DNA from: Mycobacterium leprae
Lineage (GTDB): Bacteria > Bacillota > Sulfobacillia > Symbiobacteriales > Symbiobacteriaceae
Reading direction: 5' to 3'
Length of the DNA stretch: 64,000 nt
Assembly: GCA_050262655.1 (NCBI GenBank)
Contig: JBLNEM010000509.1
Coordinates: forward strand, 794 to 64,793
The translations under genes were made by a program, and so were the position numbers. The notes beneath the pieces were generated by a model that was given only the letters and a program-made list of their open reading frames with translations, was not told where the DNA came from and did not search any database. This document shows, one piece after another, positions 46,193 through 54,866 of this stretch (positions are counted from its first letter, which is position 1; every line of letters starts with the position of its first letter).

Positions 46193-46223
46193 GAGCCTGC
46201 CCTGAAGGGTGGGCTCTTTTTTC
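46193..46223 (+). terminator. Intrinsic terminator after the PfkB-family gene
   Basis: AGCCTGCCC-tgaa-GGGTGGGCT (two G-U pairs) followed by cttttttcttt. Confidence 0.55.
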
Positions 46224-46307
46224 TTTGCCGGCGCTGCATCACGTTCTGTCAACGGCGCAGACTATATTCTGTCCCGACGAAACAAACGACGGTAGAGGTG
46301 AAGCAGG

Positions 46308-46559
46308 TTGTCAAAGCGCGTTGCCGTCGAAGCCGGGCTCGACACATACAAGGAAGCGCTCCAGAATGCCGGATTTGAGATCGCAGAATTGAGACAGGGC
46401 TCCATGCCGGAAGTAGACGCCGCAGTGATCAGCGGCATGAGTCGGAACCTGATGGGGATTTGCGACACCGATGGAAACAAGTTCCCCGTCATCGAAGCGA
46501 CGGGCCGTTCAGCGCAGGAAGTGATTCAGCAGATTCGTGACCGCCTGGCCCACGAATAG
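46308..46559 (+). CDS. YkuS / UPF0180 family protein
   Basis: An 83-aa protein with KRVAVEAGLDTYKEALQNAGFEIAEL...VDAAVISGMSRNLMGI. Confidence 0.75.
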   Translation: MSKRVAVEAGLDTYKEALQNAGFEIAELRQGSMPEVDAAVISGMSRNLMGICDTDGNKFPVIEATGRSAQEVIQQIRDRLAHE

Positions 46560-46585
46560 GTACCCATACCTGGAGGTGGCCGCGG

Positions 46586-46882
46586 ATGGCGCTTCTGGAG
46601 GTCAGTGTGGTTCCGGTAGGAACAGAGAATCCCAGTATCTCCAGTTTCGTCGCCCAGTCGCTCCGAGAGGTGAAGCGGAACGGGATCAAGTTCCATGTGA
46701 CACCGACGGCCACGGTCATGGAGGGAGACCTGCCTGCGCTGATGCACGTTGCACAGCAGATGCATGAGGCGGCCCTTCGGGCCGGGTCCCAGCGGGTGAT
46801 CACAAACATCAGCATTGATGAGCGGCGGGACAAGGACCTCAACATGGAGGATACCGTGAACGCCGTGACCGCCGAACTGTAA
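46586..46882 (+). CDS. MTH1187/YkoF-family (UPF0045) thiamine-binding protein
   Basis: ALLEVSVVPVGTENPSISSFVAQSLREVKRNGIKFHVTPTATVMEGDL..LM.V...H.A....G..RV.T.I.IDERRDK. Confidence 0.85.
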   Translation: MALLEVSVVPVGTENPSISSFVAQSLREVKRNGIKFHVTPTATVMEGDLPALMHVAQQMHEAALRAGSQRVITNISIDERRDKDLNMEDTVNAVTAEL

Positions 46883-46887
46883 CCATA

Positions 46888-46917
46888 GCAAGGGCGCCCC
46901 GAGCGGGGCGCCCTTGC
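46888..46917. terminator. Bidirectional intrinsic terminator
   Basis: GCAAGGGCGCCCC-gagc-GGGGCGCCCTTGC, perfect 13-bp arms. Confidence 0.75.
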
Positions 46918-46930
46918 CTGTTCGGCTCGC

Positions 46931-47113
46931 TTAACGCTGCTGGCCTGCCAGGGTCTGCTCGGCCAAACTGATGGCTAGCTTGACCATGTTCCCCGTCTCC
47001 TTCGAGGTGAGCAGGCCATAGTCTCCGGGGGTTGCACGATCGCCGGCTCCTTGCGCTTGAGCCAGCCTTATCTTGGTCGCGTCCGAAAGCAGCGATCGAT
47101 TGTTCTTTGCCAT
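46931..47113 (-). CDS. Alpha/beta-type small acid-soluble spore protein
   Basis: A 60-aa protein with NNRSLLSDATKIRLAQAQGAG...GLLTSKETGNMVKLAISLAEQTLAG. Confidence 0.85.
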   Translation of the reverse strand: MAKNNRSLLSDATKIRLAQAQGAGDRATPGDYGLLTSKETGNMVKLAISLAEQTLAGQQR

Positions 47114-47172
47114 GGATGTCCCTCCTGAGGGAGACAGCTGGTCACGGCCCCGGGCTTAAGACTCGGCGCCTG

Positions 47173-47415
47173 TCAGGCGTTCGTACGGTTGATGCGGTCG
47201 ATGCCGGGCTTTGGCCCCTGCTGCTTCGGGACAAAGGTTTCGCAGAGGGTCTGGTTCGAGTTCTGCGCTTCGCCGCCGATAGAGCCGATCTCCATGCGGG
47301 TATTCTGCATGTTAGCGGCGTTGTTCTTGACCATGATCTTGCTGGCTTCGCAGTGGTTCCCGGTACCGTAGTAGAAACAACTGTTGACCGTGCAGTAGAT
47401 CTCCTGATTGGGCAT
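47173..47415 (-). CDS. DUF1540-domain protein (spore-former specific)
   Basis: Two CxVxxC...C motifs (YCTVNSCFYYGTGNHCEASKIMV, plus a C-terminal Cys). AGGAGG lies upstream. Confidence 0.7.
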   Translation of the reverse strand: MPNQEIYCTVNSCFYYGTGNHCEASKIMVKNNAANMQNTRMEIGSIGGEAQNSNQTLCETFVPKQQGPKPGIDRINRTNA

Positions 47416-47686
47416 CTGACATGTCACCTCCTGCGCTTAGTGTCGGCGCCTCTGTACTTGTTCATGCCGTTGTCGGGCACTTGAACGAAACCGGTGGAAA
47501 CGCTAGAGGCGCAGTGGTTCCACAGCTTGTTCCGGAGGCATCTTAAGAAGCAAAATCTTCGCGGTTGGCCTTGAAGTGAGGGCGCTAATCCGCTATGCTA
47601 ACATAGGTTACTTAAACGGGACGGCTTTCGGAAGCTCCGCAAAGCTCTTGAGTCTTTGCTAACTACAGCAGTAAGTTATTGGTCTA

Positions 47687-47715
47687 TTGACTTGGGTAAC
47701 AGCATGCTTTACAAT
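47687..47715 (+). promoter_or_regulatory. SigA-type promoter for speH
   Basis: TTGACT-17 nt-TACAAT, leaving a 5' leader of about 200 nt before the GTG at 47920. Confidence 0.6.
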
Positions 47716-47919
47716 CCGTTCTATTGCGAGCCAACTTTTCCGGTTGCCTATATCACGGAGGTAGAGACGGCTCAACACCAGTCCCAAAAACAGGAACCTA
47801 GTACGCCTTAAAGGGTTGGGGCCCATTCGATGAGAGTGCCCGACTTTTCCCCCGTTGGCGTGGCGATGGTCCCGTCTAGCTTGAGAGGGCTAGAATTCTG
47901 AACCAAGGGGGAGATATCT

Positions 47920-48315
47920 GTGGCATACTCTACGTATGGTCGCCACGTCACCATGGATCTGCGGGAAGTAAGTTTCGAGCACCTCAACAATGTTGACTTG
48001 CTCAGAGATGCTATGGTTGAAGCCGCTAATCGTTGTGGCGCGACTATTGTTGGTGAAAACTTCGTCAAGTTCCACCCCCAGGGTGTTACTGGGGTTCTGG
48101 TCCTCTCCGAGTCTCACCTCTCAATCCACACCTATCCAGAGGAAGGCTTTGCGGCGATCGACTGCTACACGTGTGGCACGACGGTTGATCCGGAGGTCGC
48201 TTGCGACTACCTGAAGACAGTCTTGGGTGGACGGGTGGCCGGTTACCGGGCGTTGCAGCGTGGAGCGGGTCCCATTGAGGATTTGCCGAAGCTGCGGCTG
48301 GCTGCAGCCAACTGA
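47920..48315 (+). CDS. speH: S-adenosylmethionine decarboxylase proenzyme (class 1, SpeH/SpeD)
   Basis: GRHVTMDL...PQGVTGVLVLSESHLSIHTYPEEGFAAIDCYTCG, including the self-processing ES|H site. Confidence 0.95.
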   Translation: MAYSTYGRHVTMDLREVSFEHLNNVDLLRDAMVEAANRCGATIVGENFVKFHPQGVTGVLVLSESHLSIHTYPEEGFAAIDCYTCGTTVDPEVACDYLKTVLGGRVAGYRALQRGAGPIEDLPKLRLAAAN

Positions 48316-48330
48316 TTCAAAGAAAAGCGT

Positions 48331-48362
48331 AACGGAGCTTCCGATAGGGAGCTCCGTTTTTT
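48331..48362 (+). terminator. Intrinsic terminator after speH
   Basis: AACGGAGCTTCC-gata-GGGAGCTCCGTT followed by ttttt. Confidence 0.8.
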
Positions 48363-48485
48363 GTGTGTGCGGATATGGCAATTGTTGGCAGGAACATGGT
48401 CGCTGACGTAGAATACATACATATGCTGGTAGCTGTTACAGTTTTATCCCGGTCTCCGTAGCTGGAAGATAAGGGGGCACGTCCG

Positions 48486-50297
48486 GTGAAGGGGAACAAG
48501 TGGTGGAACGTGGACCTTTTCAGCAAAAGGGCGCTGCAGGCTCGAATTATACTGACTCTGGTACTCGTAGTGCTGGCGGCCCTCTATGGCGTTGCTTTAA
48601 CGGGCCGTCCCTCCAGCTTATGGGCAGCACAGGGTGTAGGGCTCAGCATCGTATTGTTGGCCGGTATCCTGACCGGGTGGTGGGGGCGGAGTCTACTAGG
48701 GCTCGTGCGCTACGGCGAGGGGAAGGAAGCCGCCGCCCACGAAGAAAGAAGCCGCATCTTGGAGCAGAAGAACCGCCAACTGCAGACCACGCTGCAGGCG
48801 TTTAAGGCGATCTCCTCGGCGTTGGACCTGAAGGAGGTAGGGGCCCTGGCGGTTGAACAGGTGATTAACTATACGCCGTTCAAGAAAGCATCTTTGATTC
48901 TGGGCCCGGATGAGCGAGGCGAATTTCAGGTTGCCGGGTCACGCGGGTTGTCGCCGGAGTACCTGCATCAGTTTTTGGGGGCCCTGAAGGGGCCGGGAAA
49001 GGCCTCATCCCCAATCGAGTGGTGTCAACTGACGCGCCAACCCGTTGTGGTGGACAATGTGGCCCGGGACTTCCGGACAGCGGGGCTCAGTGATCTGTAT
49101 ACCAAAGCTAACCTGGAAGGGCTTATCACCGTTCCCCTGGTTGTACAGGATCAGTTCCGTGGCGCCCTCACGGTATACACGGAACAGGGAACGCACTTGA
49201 CTACGGCCGAGATTTCAATGGTATCGGCACTGGCTAGCCAGTCAGCAGTTGCGCTTGAAAACGCACGACAGTATACACTCACCGTACAGAACCGAGAGCG
49301 CATGGACATGGCTTTGCAGTGTTTGCAGGGGGTTGCTTCGGCACTTACGCGTATGCGGGTGGGTGTTTCGCCCTTACTGCACTTGGTTGCGCAGGCGGCT
49401 GCCAACCTTTTTGCCCCGGCACGCATTCGGCTGACGGTCTCCAAGGCAACGCGTTATCCCGCTATGGTGGTGACGGAAGCCGTAAACATGTGCGAGCAGG
49501 ACGAGGGGACGCTTTCGTTCTCGCTCCCTATTCTGCTGGACGGCGAGTCCTATGGTCGGCTGGACCTGGTGCTGCCTGGCGCTGGCCGCAACCTTGAAGC
49601 CGGGGAGGTGCAGATCCTTCAGGCATTCGCCTATTTAACCGCTTCCGCTCTGGGGAATGCGGCGTTGGTTTCGGAGATGCGTCAGGCGGTAGAGGCGGTC
49701 GAGAAGTCGTACATAGGAACGCTGGAAGCACTCAGCAAGGCACTGGAAATTCGTGATCACGAAACCGTTGGCCATAGCAGGCGGGTGGTGCAGTATACCC
49801 TGGCCCTCGCTCAGCGATTGCGGGTGCCTGAAGGTGAGTTAATCCCCATCATGCGGGGGGCCCTTCTGCACGACGTGGGCAAAATCGGCATACCGGACGC
49901 CATTCTTCGCAAACCGGCCCCGCTGACCGAAGCGGAATGGGCCATCATGAAGGAGCATCCTCGGATCGGTTATGAGATGCTGCGACAGATCGATTTCCTC
50001 ACCCTGGCAGCCCCGATCATCCTGCATCACCATGAACGGTTTGACGGTAGGGGCTACCCCGGGGGACTGGCGGGCGATGACATCCCGCTGGGGGCCCGGA
50101 TCTTTGCGGTGGCCGACACGTATGACGCGATCACTTCCGACCGTCCCTATCGCAAGGGGCGCTCCCACGAACACGCGGTCAGCGAGGTGGTAGCCGCCCG
50201 CGGATCCCAGTTCGACCCTCAAGTGGTGGAGGCGTTCATGTCACTGCCTGATGAGGAACTGAGTCGGATTCGTAGTGGCGACGGCTCCACCGGTTAG
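48486..50297 (+). CDS. Membrane-anchored GAF-GAF-HD-GYP protein (putative c-di-GMP phosphodiesterase)
   Basis: Two N-terminal TM helices and two GAF-like regions. HD-GYP domain: HSRRV...LLHDVGKIGIPD...HHERFDGRGYPGGL...ADTYDAITSDRPYR. Confidence 0.85.
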   Translation: MKGNKWWNVDLFSKRALQARIILTLVLVVLAALYGVALTGRPSSLWAAQGVGLSIVLLAGILTGWWGRSLLGLVRYGEGKEAAAHEERSRILEQKNRQLQTTLQAFKAISSALDLKEVGALAVEQVINYTPFKKASLILGPDERGEFQVAGSRGLSPEYLHQFLGALKGPGKASSPIEWCQLTRQPVVVDNVARDFRTAGLSDLYTKANLEGLITVPLVVQDQFRGALTVYTEQGTHLTTAEISMVSALASQSAVALENARQYTLTVQNRERMDMALQCLQGVASALTRMRVGVSPLLHLVAQAAANLFAPARIRLTVSKATRYPAMVVTEAVNMCEQDEGTLSFSLPILLDGESYGRLDLVLPGAGRNLEAGEVQILQAFAYLTASALGNAALVSEMRQAVEAVEKSYIGTLEALSKALEIRDHETVGHSRRVVQYTLALAQRLRVPEGELIPIMRGALLHDVGKIGIPDAILRKPAPLTEAEWAIMKEHPRIGYEMLRQIDFLTLAAPIILHHHERFDGRGYPGGLAGDDIPLGARIFAVADTYDAITSDRPYRKGRSHEHAVSEVVAARGSQFDPQVVEAFMSLPDEELSRIRSGDGSTG

Positions 50298-50369
50298 GGG
50301 GTCAGTATACCGAAAGGAGTTGTCATAACCGCTGGGCACGTCCATAGACATGGCCTTGGAGGGATGGCC

Positions 50370-51278
50370 ATGTCTGGGCAGTGGTGGCAAGAGACAGATC
50401 CCGGGGAAGCCGATCGGCTTGGCCTCGCGTCAGAGGCGGCTGAGCGGCTCCCTTTGGTTTATGATCCCGACAGCCAGCCGGAGGCGGCAAGGTTCCTGGC
50501 TGATGACGGAGGCATTGCAACGGGGAGCCCAACCGGAGTGAGAGATCCTGGCGGACTTACCTGGGCGCGCTTTCGGGAGAGCCGGGTCTACATTCAGATT
50601 CTCCTGGCCGTGGGGCTGGTGACGGTGGCCGGCTTAGCGGCACGCTTGCCTTTAGCCCCGGCCGCGAAGGTGCGGCAGGCGCTCTCCTGGACGGTTAGCT
50701 ACGATTACGACCTGCGGGCGCACGCAACCAACACTGCTGCATGGGCCCGAGAACGGGGCGGGTGGCTACCTGCCGCGACGGGGCTCTGGTCGACCGAGAT
50801 CGGTCGCGTGCAGGCTTGGGCGGCTCGCTTATCACCGAAAGCCTCCGATACCGATACACCCACCGCAAGCGGCACACTGGCGATGCCGGTGTCCGGTGGT
50901 GTACTCTATGGCTTCGGTTGGCTGCCGCCCGCCGTGAGCCGGGAGGTTCATTATGGCCTTGATCTGGCGGCACGCCAGGGTACTGCGGTGGTGGCCATGG
51001 CCGATGGCAACGTGCTGCGAACAACTACGGACCCAGTGCTAGGCACACTGGTCGAGGTGGATCACGGGCGCCTCGTAGCCCTATATGCGCAGCTTGAACG
51101 TGTCTCGGTTCGCCAGGGCATGCAGGTCAAGCGAGGGCAGCAACTGGCGGTGGTCGGGCAGCCGTCAGGGGCCGAACGAGGGCGTGACTCCCACCTTCAT
51201 CTAGAGGTGCGCCCGGCTGGGGGCAAGGCACAGGTCGATCCGGCCCCCTATCTGGGACTGGGGGGGAGCAAGCCCTGA
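50370..51278 (+). CDS. Single-pass M23/LytM-domain protein at the SpoIVFA position
   Basis: Cytoplasmic N-terminus, one TM helix (IQILLAVGLVTVAGLAA), and a C-terminal M23 domain with HYGLD and HLHLE. It lies directly upstream of the SpoIVFB-like gene. GGAGGG lies 6 nt before the ATG at 50370. Confidence 0.7.
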   Translation: MSGQWWQETDPGEADRLGLASEAAERLPLVYDPDSQPEAARFLADDGGIATGSPTGVRDPGGLTWARFRESRVYIQILLAVGLVTVAGLAARLPLAPAAKVRQALSWTVSYDYDLRAHATNTAAWARERGGWLPAATGLWSTEIGRVQAWAARLSPKASDTDTPTASGTLAMPVSGGVLYGFGWLPPAVSREVHYGLDLAARQGTAVVAMADGNVLRTTTDPVLGTLVEVDHGRLVALYAQLERVSVRQGMQVKRGQQLAVVGQPSGAERGRDSHLHLEVRPAGGKAQVDPAPYLGLGGSKP

Positions 51279-52153
51279 AGCTGGGCACGATCGCCGGCAT
51301 GCGCATCGGCGTCGACTGGCTTTTTGTCGTTCTCCTGTTGGCGGCGGCCGTTTCCGGGTACTATCTGGAAGCCCTTGTACTGCTTGGGTCGCTCACAGCC
51401 CACGAACTCGCTCACTTGACAGTGGCGTGGGTCCTGGGCGTGGAGGTGGAGCAACTGCTGCTGACTCCATTCGGTGGAATGGCCCGAATGGATTCGACGC
51501 TGGAAACCGACCCACAGACCGAGACCTCCGTGGCGTTGGCCGGGCCATTTCAATCATTCTTCCTGGCTGGCCTTACGCTGTTTCTAGCCGGCCATCAACT
51601 GTGGGATCAGCACCTGGTCAAGTTTTGCTTTGACATAAACAGTTCGCTGGCGTTTTTCAACCTGATTCCGGCGCTGCCGCTGGACGGCGGTCGGGCCATG
51701 CGAGGGTTGTTGGCTCAGCGCTGGGGCTACCGGCGGGTGACAACCTGGATGACGTGGATCGGGCGGTACGCGGGCATCTTCATGGCGGCTACTGCCCTGA
51801 CTGTGCTGGTCAGGGGGGGCCGGGTCTATGCCACACCGCTGGTTGGGGGGTTCTTTCTGAGCCTGTATGCCGGCCGGGAGGGGGAGGCAGCACTGTACCG
51901 GTCATACCGCCAGTTCCTGCACAAGCGGGAGCGCATGGCCGAGCGGAGGGTTCTGGCGGCCCGTCAGTTGGTAGCAGTAACGGGCACACACCTGGGGGAG
52001 TTAATGCAGCACCTGGGAGACCGCGGATACCACCTTGTCCTGGTCGTGGATGAGGCGATGCGGCCTTTGGGCACCCTGCATGAGGCTGAGTTGATGGATG
52101 CTTTTGCCGAGTTTGGTCCGGAGGCTACGGTGGATGAGATTCTAGACCGCTAG
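51275..52153 (+). CDS. spoIVFB: M50B site-2 metalloprotease with a C-terminal CBS domain (SpoIVFB-like); probable CTG start
   Basis: HELAHL, NLIPALPLDGGR, CBS tail. The first canonical start is the ATG at 51299, but the conserved N-terminus LKLGTIAGMRIGV and a GGGGGGAG Shine-Dalgarno (6-nt spacing) point to the CTG at 51275. Confidence 0.8.
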   Translation: MKLGTIAGMRIGVDWLFVVLLLAAAVSGYYLEALVLLGSLTAHELAHLTVAWVLGVEVEQLLLTPFGGMARMDSTLETDPQTETSVALAGPFQSFFLAGLTLFLAGHQLWDQHLVKFCFDINSSLAFFNLIPALPLDGGRAMRGLLAQRWGYRRVTTWMTWIGRYAGIFMAATALTVLVRGGRVYATPLVGGFFLSLYAGREGEAALYRSYRQFLHKRERMAERRVLAARQLVAVTGTHLGELMQHLGDRGYHLVLVVDEAMRPLGTLHEAELMDAFAEFGPEATVDEILDR

Positions 52154-52229
52154 CCTCATGCCCGGCAGGAGTCAGGAGACCAACGCCGAACAGCCAAGGG
52201 TAAGTTGCCTATAAAGGGGTCGCATCTGG

Positions 52230-54089
52230 TTGAGCAGTCTCGCAGAGCGGATTGAAGCACTATTACCGCGGGTGTCCAAGCCAGCCCGCTACGCCGGTGG
52301 CGAGTATAACGCCGTGGTCAAGCCGCACGACACGGTTGACCTGAAGGTAGCATGGACCTTTCCCGATGCCTATGAAGTAGGGATGTCGCACCTGGGTTCC
52401 CTGATCATGTATCAGCAAATCAACAAACGGGCGGATTCGCTGTGTGAGCGGTGCTATGCTCCCTGGCCGGACATGGAAGAGGGCATGCGGGCAGAATCGA
52501 TCCCGTTATTCACGCTTGAGAGTTGGACACCGGTCAACCAGTTCGACATCGTCGCATTCCCTCTACTCTATGAGCTGACCTATACCAACATCTTCACATG
52601 CCTTGATCTGGCTGGAATCCCGTTGCGCAGTGTAGACCGCACCGCAGCGGACCCACTGGTCATCGCCGGGGGTCCGTGTGCGTACAACAGTGAGCCGCTG
52701 GCGCCGTTCCTGGACGTAGCGGTGCTCGGTGACGGCGAGCAGGTCATTCATGAAATCCTGGACACGGTGAAGGCCTGGAAGGCAGAAGGAAAGCGGAACC
52801 GGTCCGATCTGCTGCTCCGGCTGGCACAGATCACCGGCTGTTACGTGCCATCCCTCTACACGGTTGACTACCAACCGGATGGCCGGATTGGGGCGTATCG
52901 GCCCATCGCACCCGGGGTGCCGGCTACGGTGGAGCGAGCCATTGTGGCCGACTTGGACGAGGTCGACTTCCCCACAGCGCCCATCGTGCCAAACCTGGAA
53001 GTCGTCTTCGATCGGGCACAGATGGAGGTCTTTCGCGGCTGCTCCCGGGGCTGCCGCTTCTGTCACGCCGGCATGGTCAACCGTCCGGTACGGGAACGAT
53101 CGGCGGCCAACGTGCTGGCGCTAGCGCACGATCTGGTGCGGAACACCGGCCACAACGACCTCTCGCTTGTCTCCCTTTCGACAGCAGACTACACCAACAT
53201 CACTGGAACCGTAACCGCTCTGTCGCAAGGGCTGCAGTGTGACGGCGTAAACGTGACGCTGCCGTCGACCCGCGTTGACGCTTTTTCGGTAGCGCTGGCT
53301 GACTCCATTCAAAAGGTGCACCGCGGCAGTGTGACGCTGGCGCCCGAAGGGGGCTCCGCGCGCATTCGGCGCGTCATTAACAAGACCGTGTCCGATCAGG
53401 ACATTCGAGCCGCCTTCCGTACGGCGTTTGAGGCCGGATACCGGGCGATCAAGCTCTATTTCATTCTGGGGCTGCCCACGGAGCAGGACGAGGACCTGGC
53501 GGCGATTGTCGAGAAGGCAAAATGGGCCTTGCAGATTGCCGATGAGGTGCTGCCACCCCAGGAGGCTCGGCGAGTGCGCGTCACTATTAGCGTTTCGGTC
53601 TTTGTGCCGAAAGCCCACACGCCATTTCAGTTCGAGCCGCAGGTGCGGCCGGAAGAAGCGGTGCGGCGCCAGCAATACATCAAACGCTGCCTTAGGGACC
53701 GCCGCATCGAGTATAAGTACCATCCTTCGGACGGCGCTGCGATCGAGGCGTTGTTGAGTCTGGGGGACAGGCGAGTGGCCGAAACGCTCTTGCGGGTTTG
53801 GCAGATGGGAGCGCGGTTTGATGGCTGGACGGATCAGTACGACCATCAGCGGTGGCTTCGGGCCTGTGCGGAAACCGGTGTGGACGTGGACTTCTATGTG
53901 TACCGGCGGAAGGGGTATGGCGAGGTGTTCGCCTGGGATCACCTGAGCACCGGCGTCACCAAGGAATGGCTGGTAGATGACCACTTGCGTGCCATGGCCG
54001 AAGAGGAGATTACCGATTGCCGGTGGGAGACCTGTGACCTCTGCGGGGTCTGCCTGCAGAGAGACGTCTCGCCATTACTGAAGGGATGA
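52230..54089 (+). CDS. B12-binding-domain radical SAM protein (TIGR03960-like)
   Basis: Cys triad CSRGCRFCHAG, about 620 aa, and the characteristic position upstream of the DUF2344/TIGR03936 gene. Confidence 0.8.
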   Translation: MSSLAERIEALLPRVSKPARYAGGEYNAVVKPHDTVDLKVAWTFPDAYEVGMSHLGSLIMYQQINKRADSLCERCYAPWPDMEEGMRAESIPLFTLESWTPVNQFDIVAFPLLYELTYTNIFTCLDLAGIPLRSVDRTAADPLVIAGGPCAYNSEPLAPFLDVAVLGDGEQVIHEILDTVKAWKAEGKRNRSDLLLRLAQITGCYVPSLYTVDYQPDGRIGAYRPIAPGVPATVERAIVADLDEVDFPTAPIVPNLEVVFDRAQMEVFRGCSRGCRFCHAGMVNRPVRERSAANVLALAHDLVRNTGHNDLSLVSLSTADYTNITGTVTALSQGLQCDGVNVTLPSTRVDAFSVALADSIQKVHRGSVTLAPEGGSARIRRVINKTVSDQDIRAAFRTAFEAGYRAIKLYFILGLPTEQDEDLAAIVEKAKWALQIADEVLPPQEARRVRVTISVSVFVPKAHTPFQFEPQVRPEEAVRRQQYIKRCLRDRRIEYKYHPSDGAAIEALLSLGDRRVAETLLRVWQMGARFDGWTDQYDHQRWLRACAETGVDVDFYVYRRKGYGEVFAWDHLSTGVTKEWLVDDHLRAMAEEEITDCRWETCDLCGVCLQRDVSPLLKG

Positions 54090-54096
54090 ACCTGAC

Positions 54097-54813
54097 TTGA
54101 AACTGAGGATGAAACTGGCCAAACAGGAGAAGGCACGCTTCTTCTCCCACCTGGACATGGGCAGGGCCCTGGAGCGTTCCCTTCGGCGAGCAGCCATCCC
54201 TGTGGCCCTTTCGCAGGGGTTCAGCCCCCATCCGCTAATCAGCTTTGTGGGTGCGCTGCCCACAGGGACCAGCAGTGAAGGGGAGTTCGTGGATATCGAG
54301 TTGGCGGAAGAGATGGACTCGGACGAATTCGTTCGTCGGGTGAACGCACATACGCCGCCTGGCCTGGCGGTCCGTGAGGTGCGCCCGGCGCCGGAAGGCG
54401 GCCGGTCGGTGTGGAGCATGATCAACATGGCCGAGTACCGGCTGACCCTTGTGGTACAGCCGGAGACAGCCGGTCTGTTTGGCGAGGCGGTCGCCAGTTT
54501 CCTGGGGCGGATAGAGGTGGCGGTGACCAAAGAGGGCAAACGGGGGCCGAACCTCGTGAATATCCGCCCGCAGGTTCACGCACTCTGGCTTGAGGGCGCC
54601 GGACCAAACGCGACCGGCGACGAGACACTGGTGCAACTGCGGGTGGTCATGGAGTTCGGGCCGGAAGGCAACCTGAAGCCCGATGACTTCCTGAAAGGCT
54701 TTCAAAGCGTGGCGGTGGAGACAGAGCAGGCCAGGCTGGCGCTGGCTCATCGAATTGCCATTTACCGCCTGAACCTGGAGACCGGGATGCTGGAAGAGCC
54801 CTGGAGCTTCTGA
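54097..54813 (+). CDS. Radical-SAM-associated protein (DUF2344 / TIGR03936-like)
   Basis: KLRMKLAKQEKARFFSHLDMGRALERSLRRAAIPVALSQGFSPHP. Confidence 0.75.
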   Translation: MKLRMKLAKQEKARFFSHLDMGRALERSLRRAAIPVALSQGFSPHPLISFVGALPTGTSSEGEFVDIELAEEMDSDEFVRRVNAHTPPGLAVREVRPAPEGGRSVWSMINMAEYRLTLVVQPETAGLFGEAVASFLGRIEVAVTKEGKRGPNLVNIRPQVHALWLEGAGPNATGDETLVQLRVVMEFGPEGNLKPDDFLKGFQSVAVETEQARLALAHRIAIYRLNLETGMLEEPWSF

Positions 54814-54821
54814 TCAAGAGC

Positions 54822-54862
54822 AACCCCCACCAACCTGCGGTTGCAGGCTGGTGGGGGTTTTG
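54822..54862. terminator. Bidirectional intrinsic terminator
   Basis: AACCCCCACCAACCTGC-ggtt-GCAGGCTGGTGGGGGTT followed by tt; one mismatch in the arms. Confidence 0.7.
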
Positions 54863-54866
54863 GCTG

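Noticed and set aside
47747-47860. Partial resemblance of the speH leader to a SAM-I (S-box) aptamer
   Set aside because: Only the first roughly 25 nt show loose similarity. I could not find the P1 closing strand (GATAAG-type), the GGTGCTAAATCC-type P3/P4 elements, or a convincing kink-turn. The region is kept only as an unclassified leader.
10153-50363. Whether the 40-kb block between rodA and the SpoIVFA-like gene is a genomic island or mobile element
   Set aside because: It has no integrase, transposase, recombinase, tRNA target, flanking direct repeats or phage/conjugation genes. Its content is housekeeping-like (pdh, lgt, htrA, speH) and its composition looks similar to the flanks.
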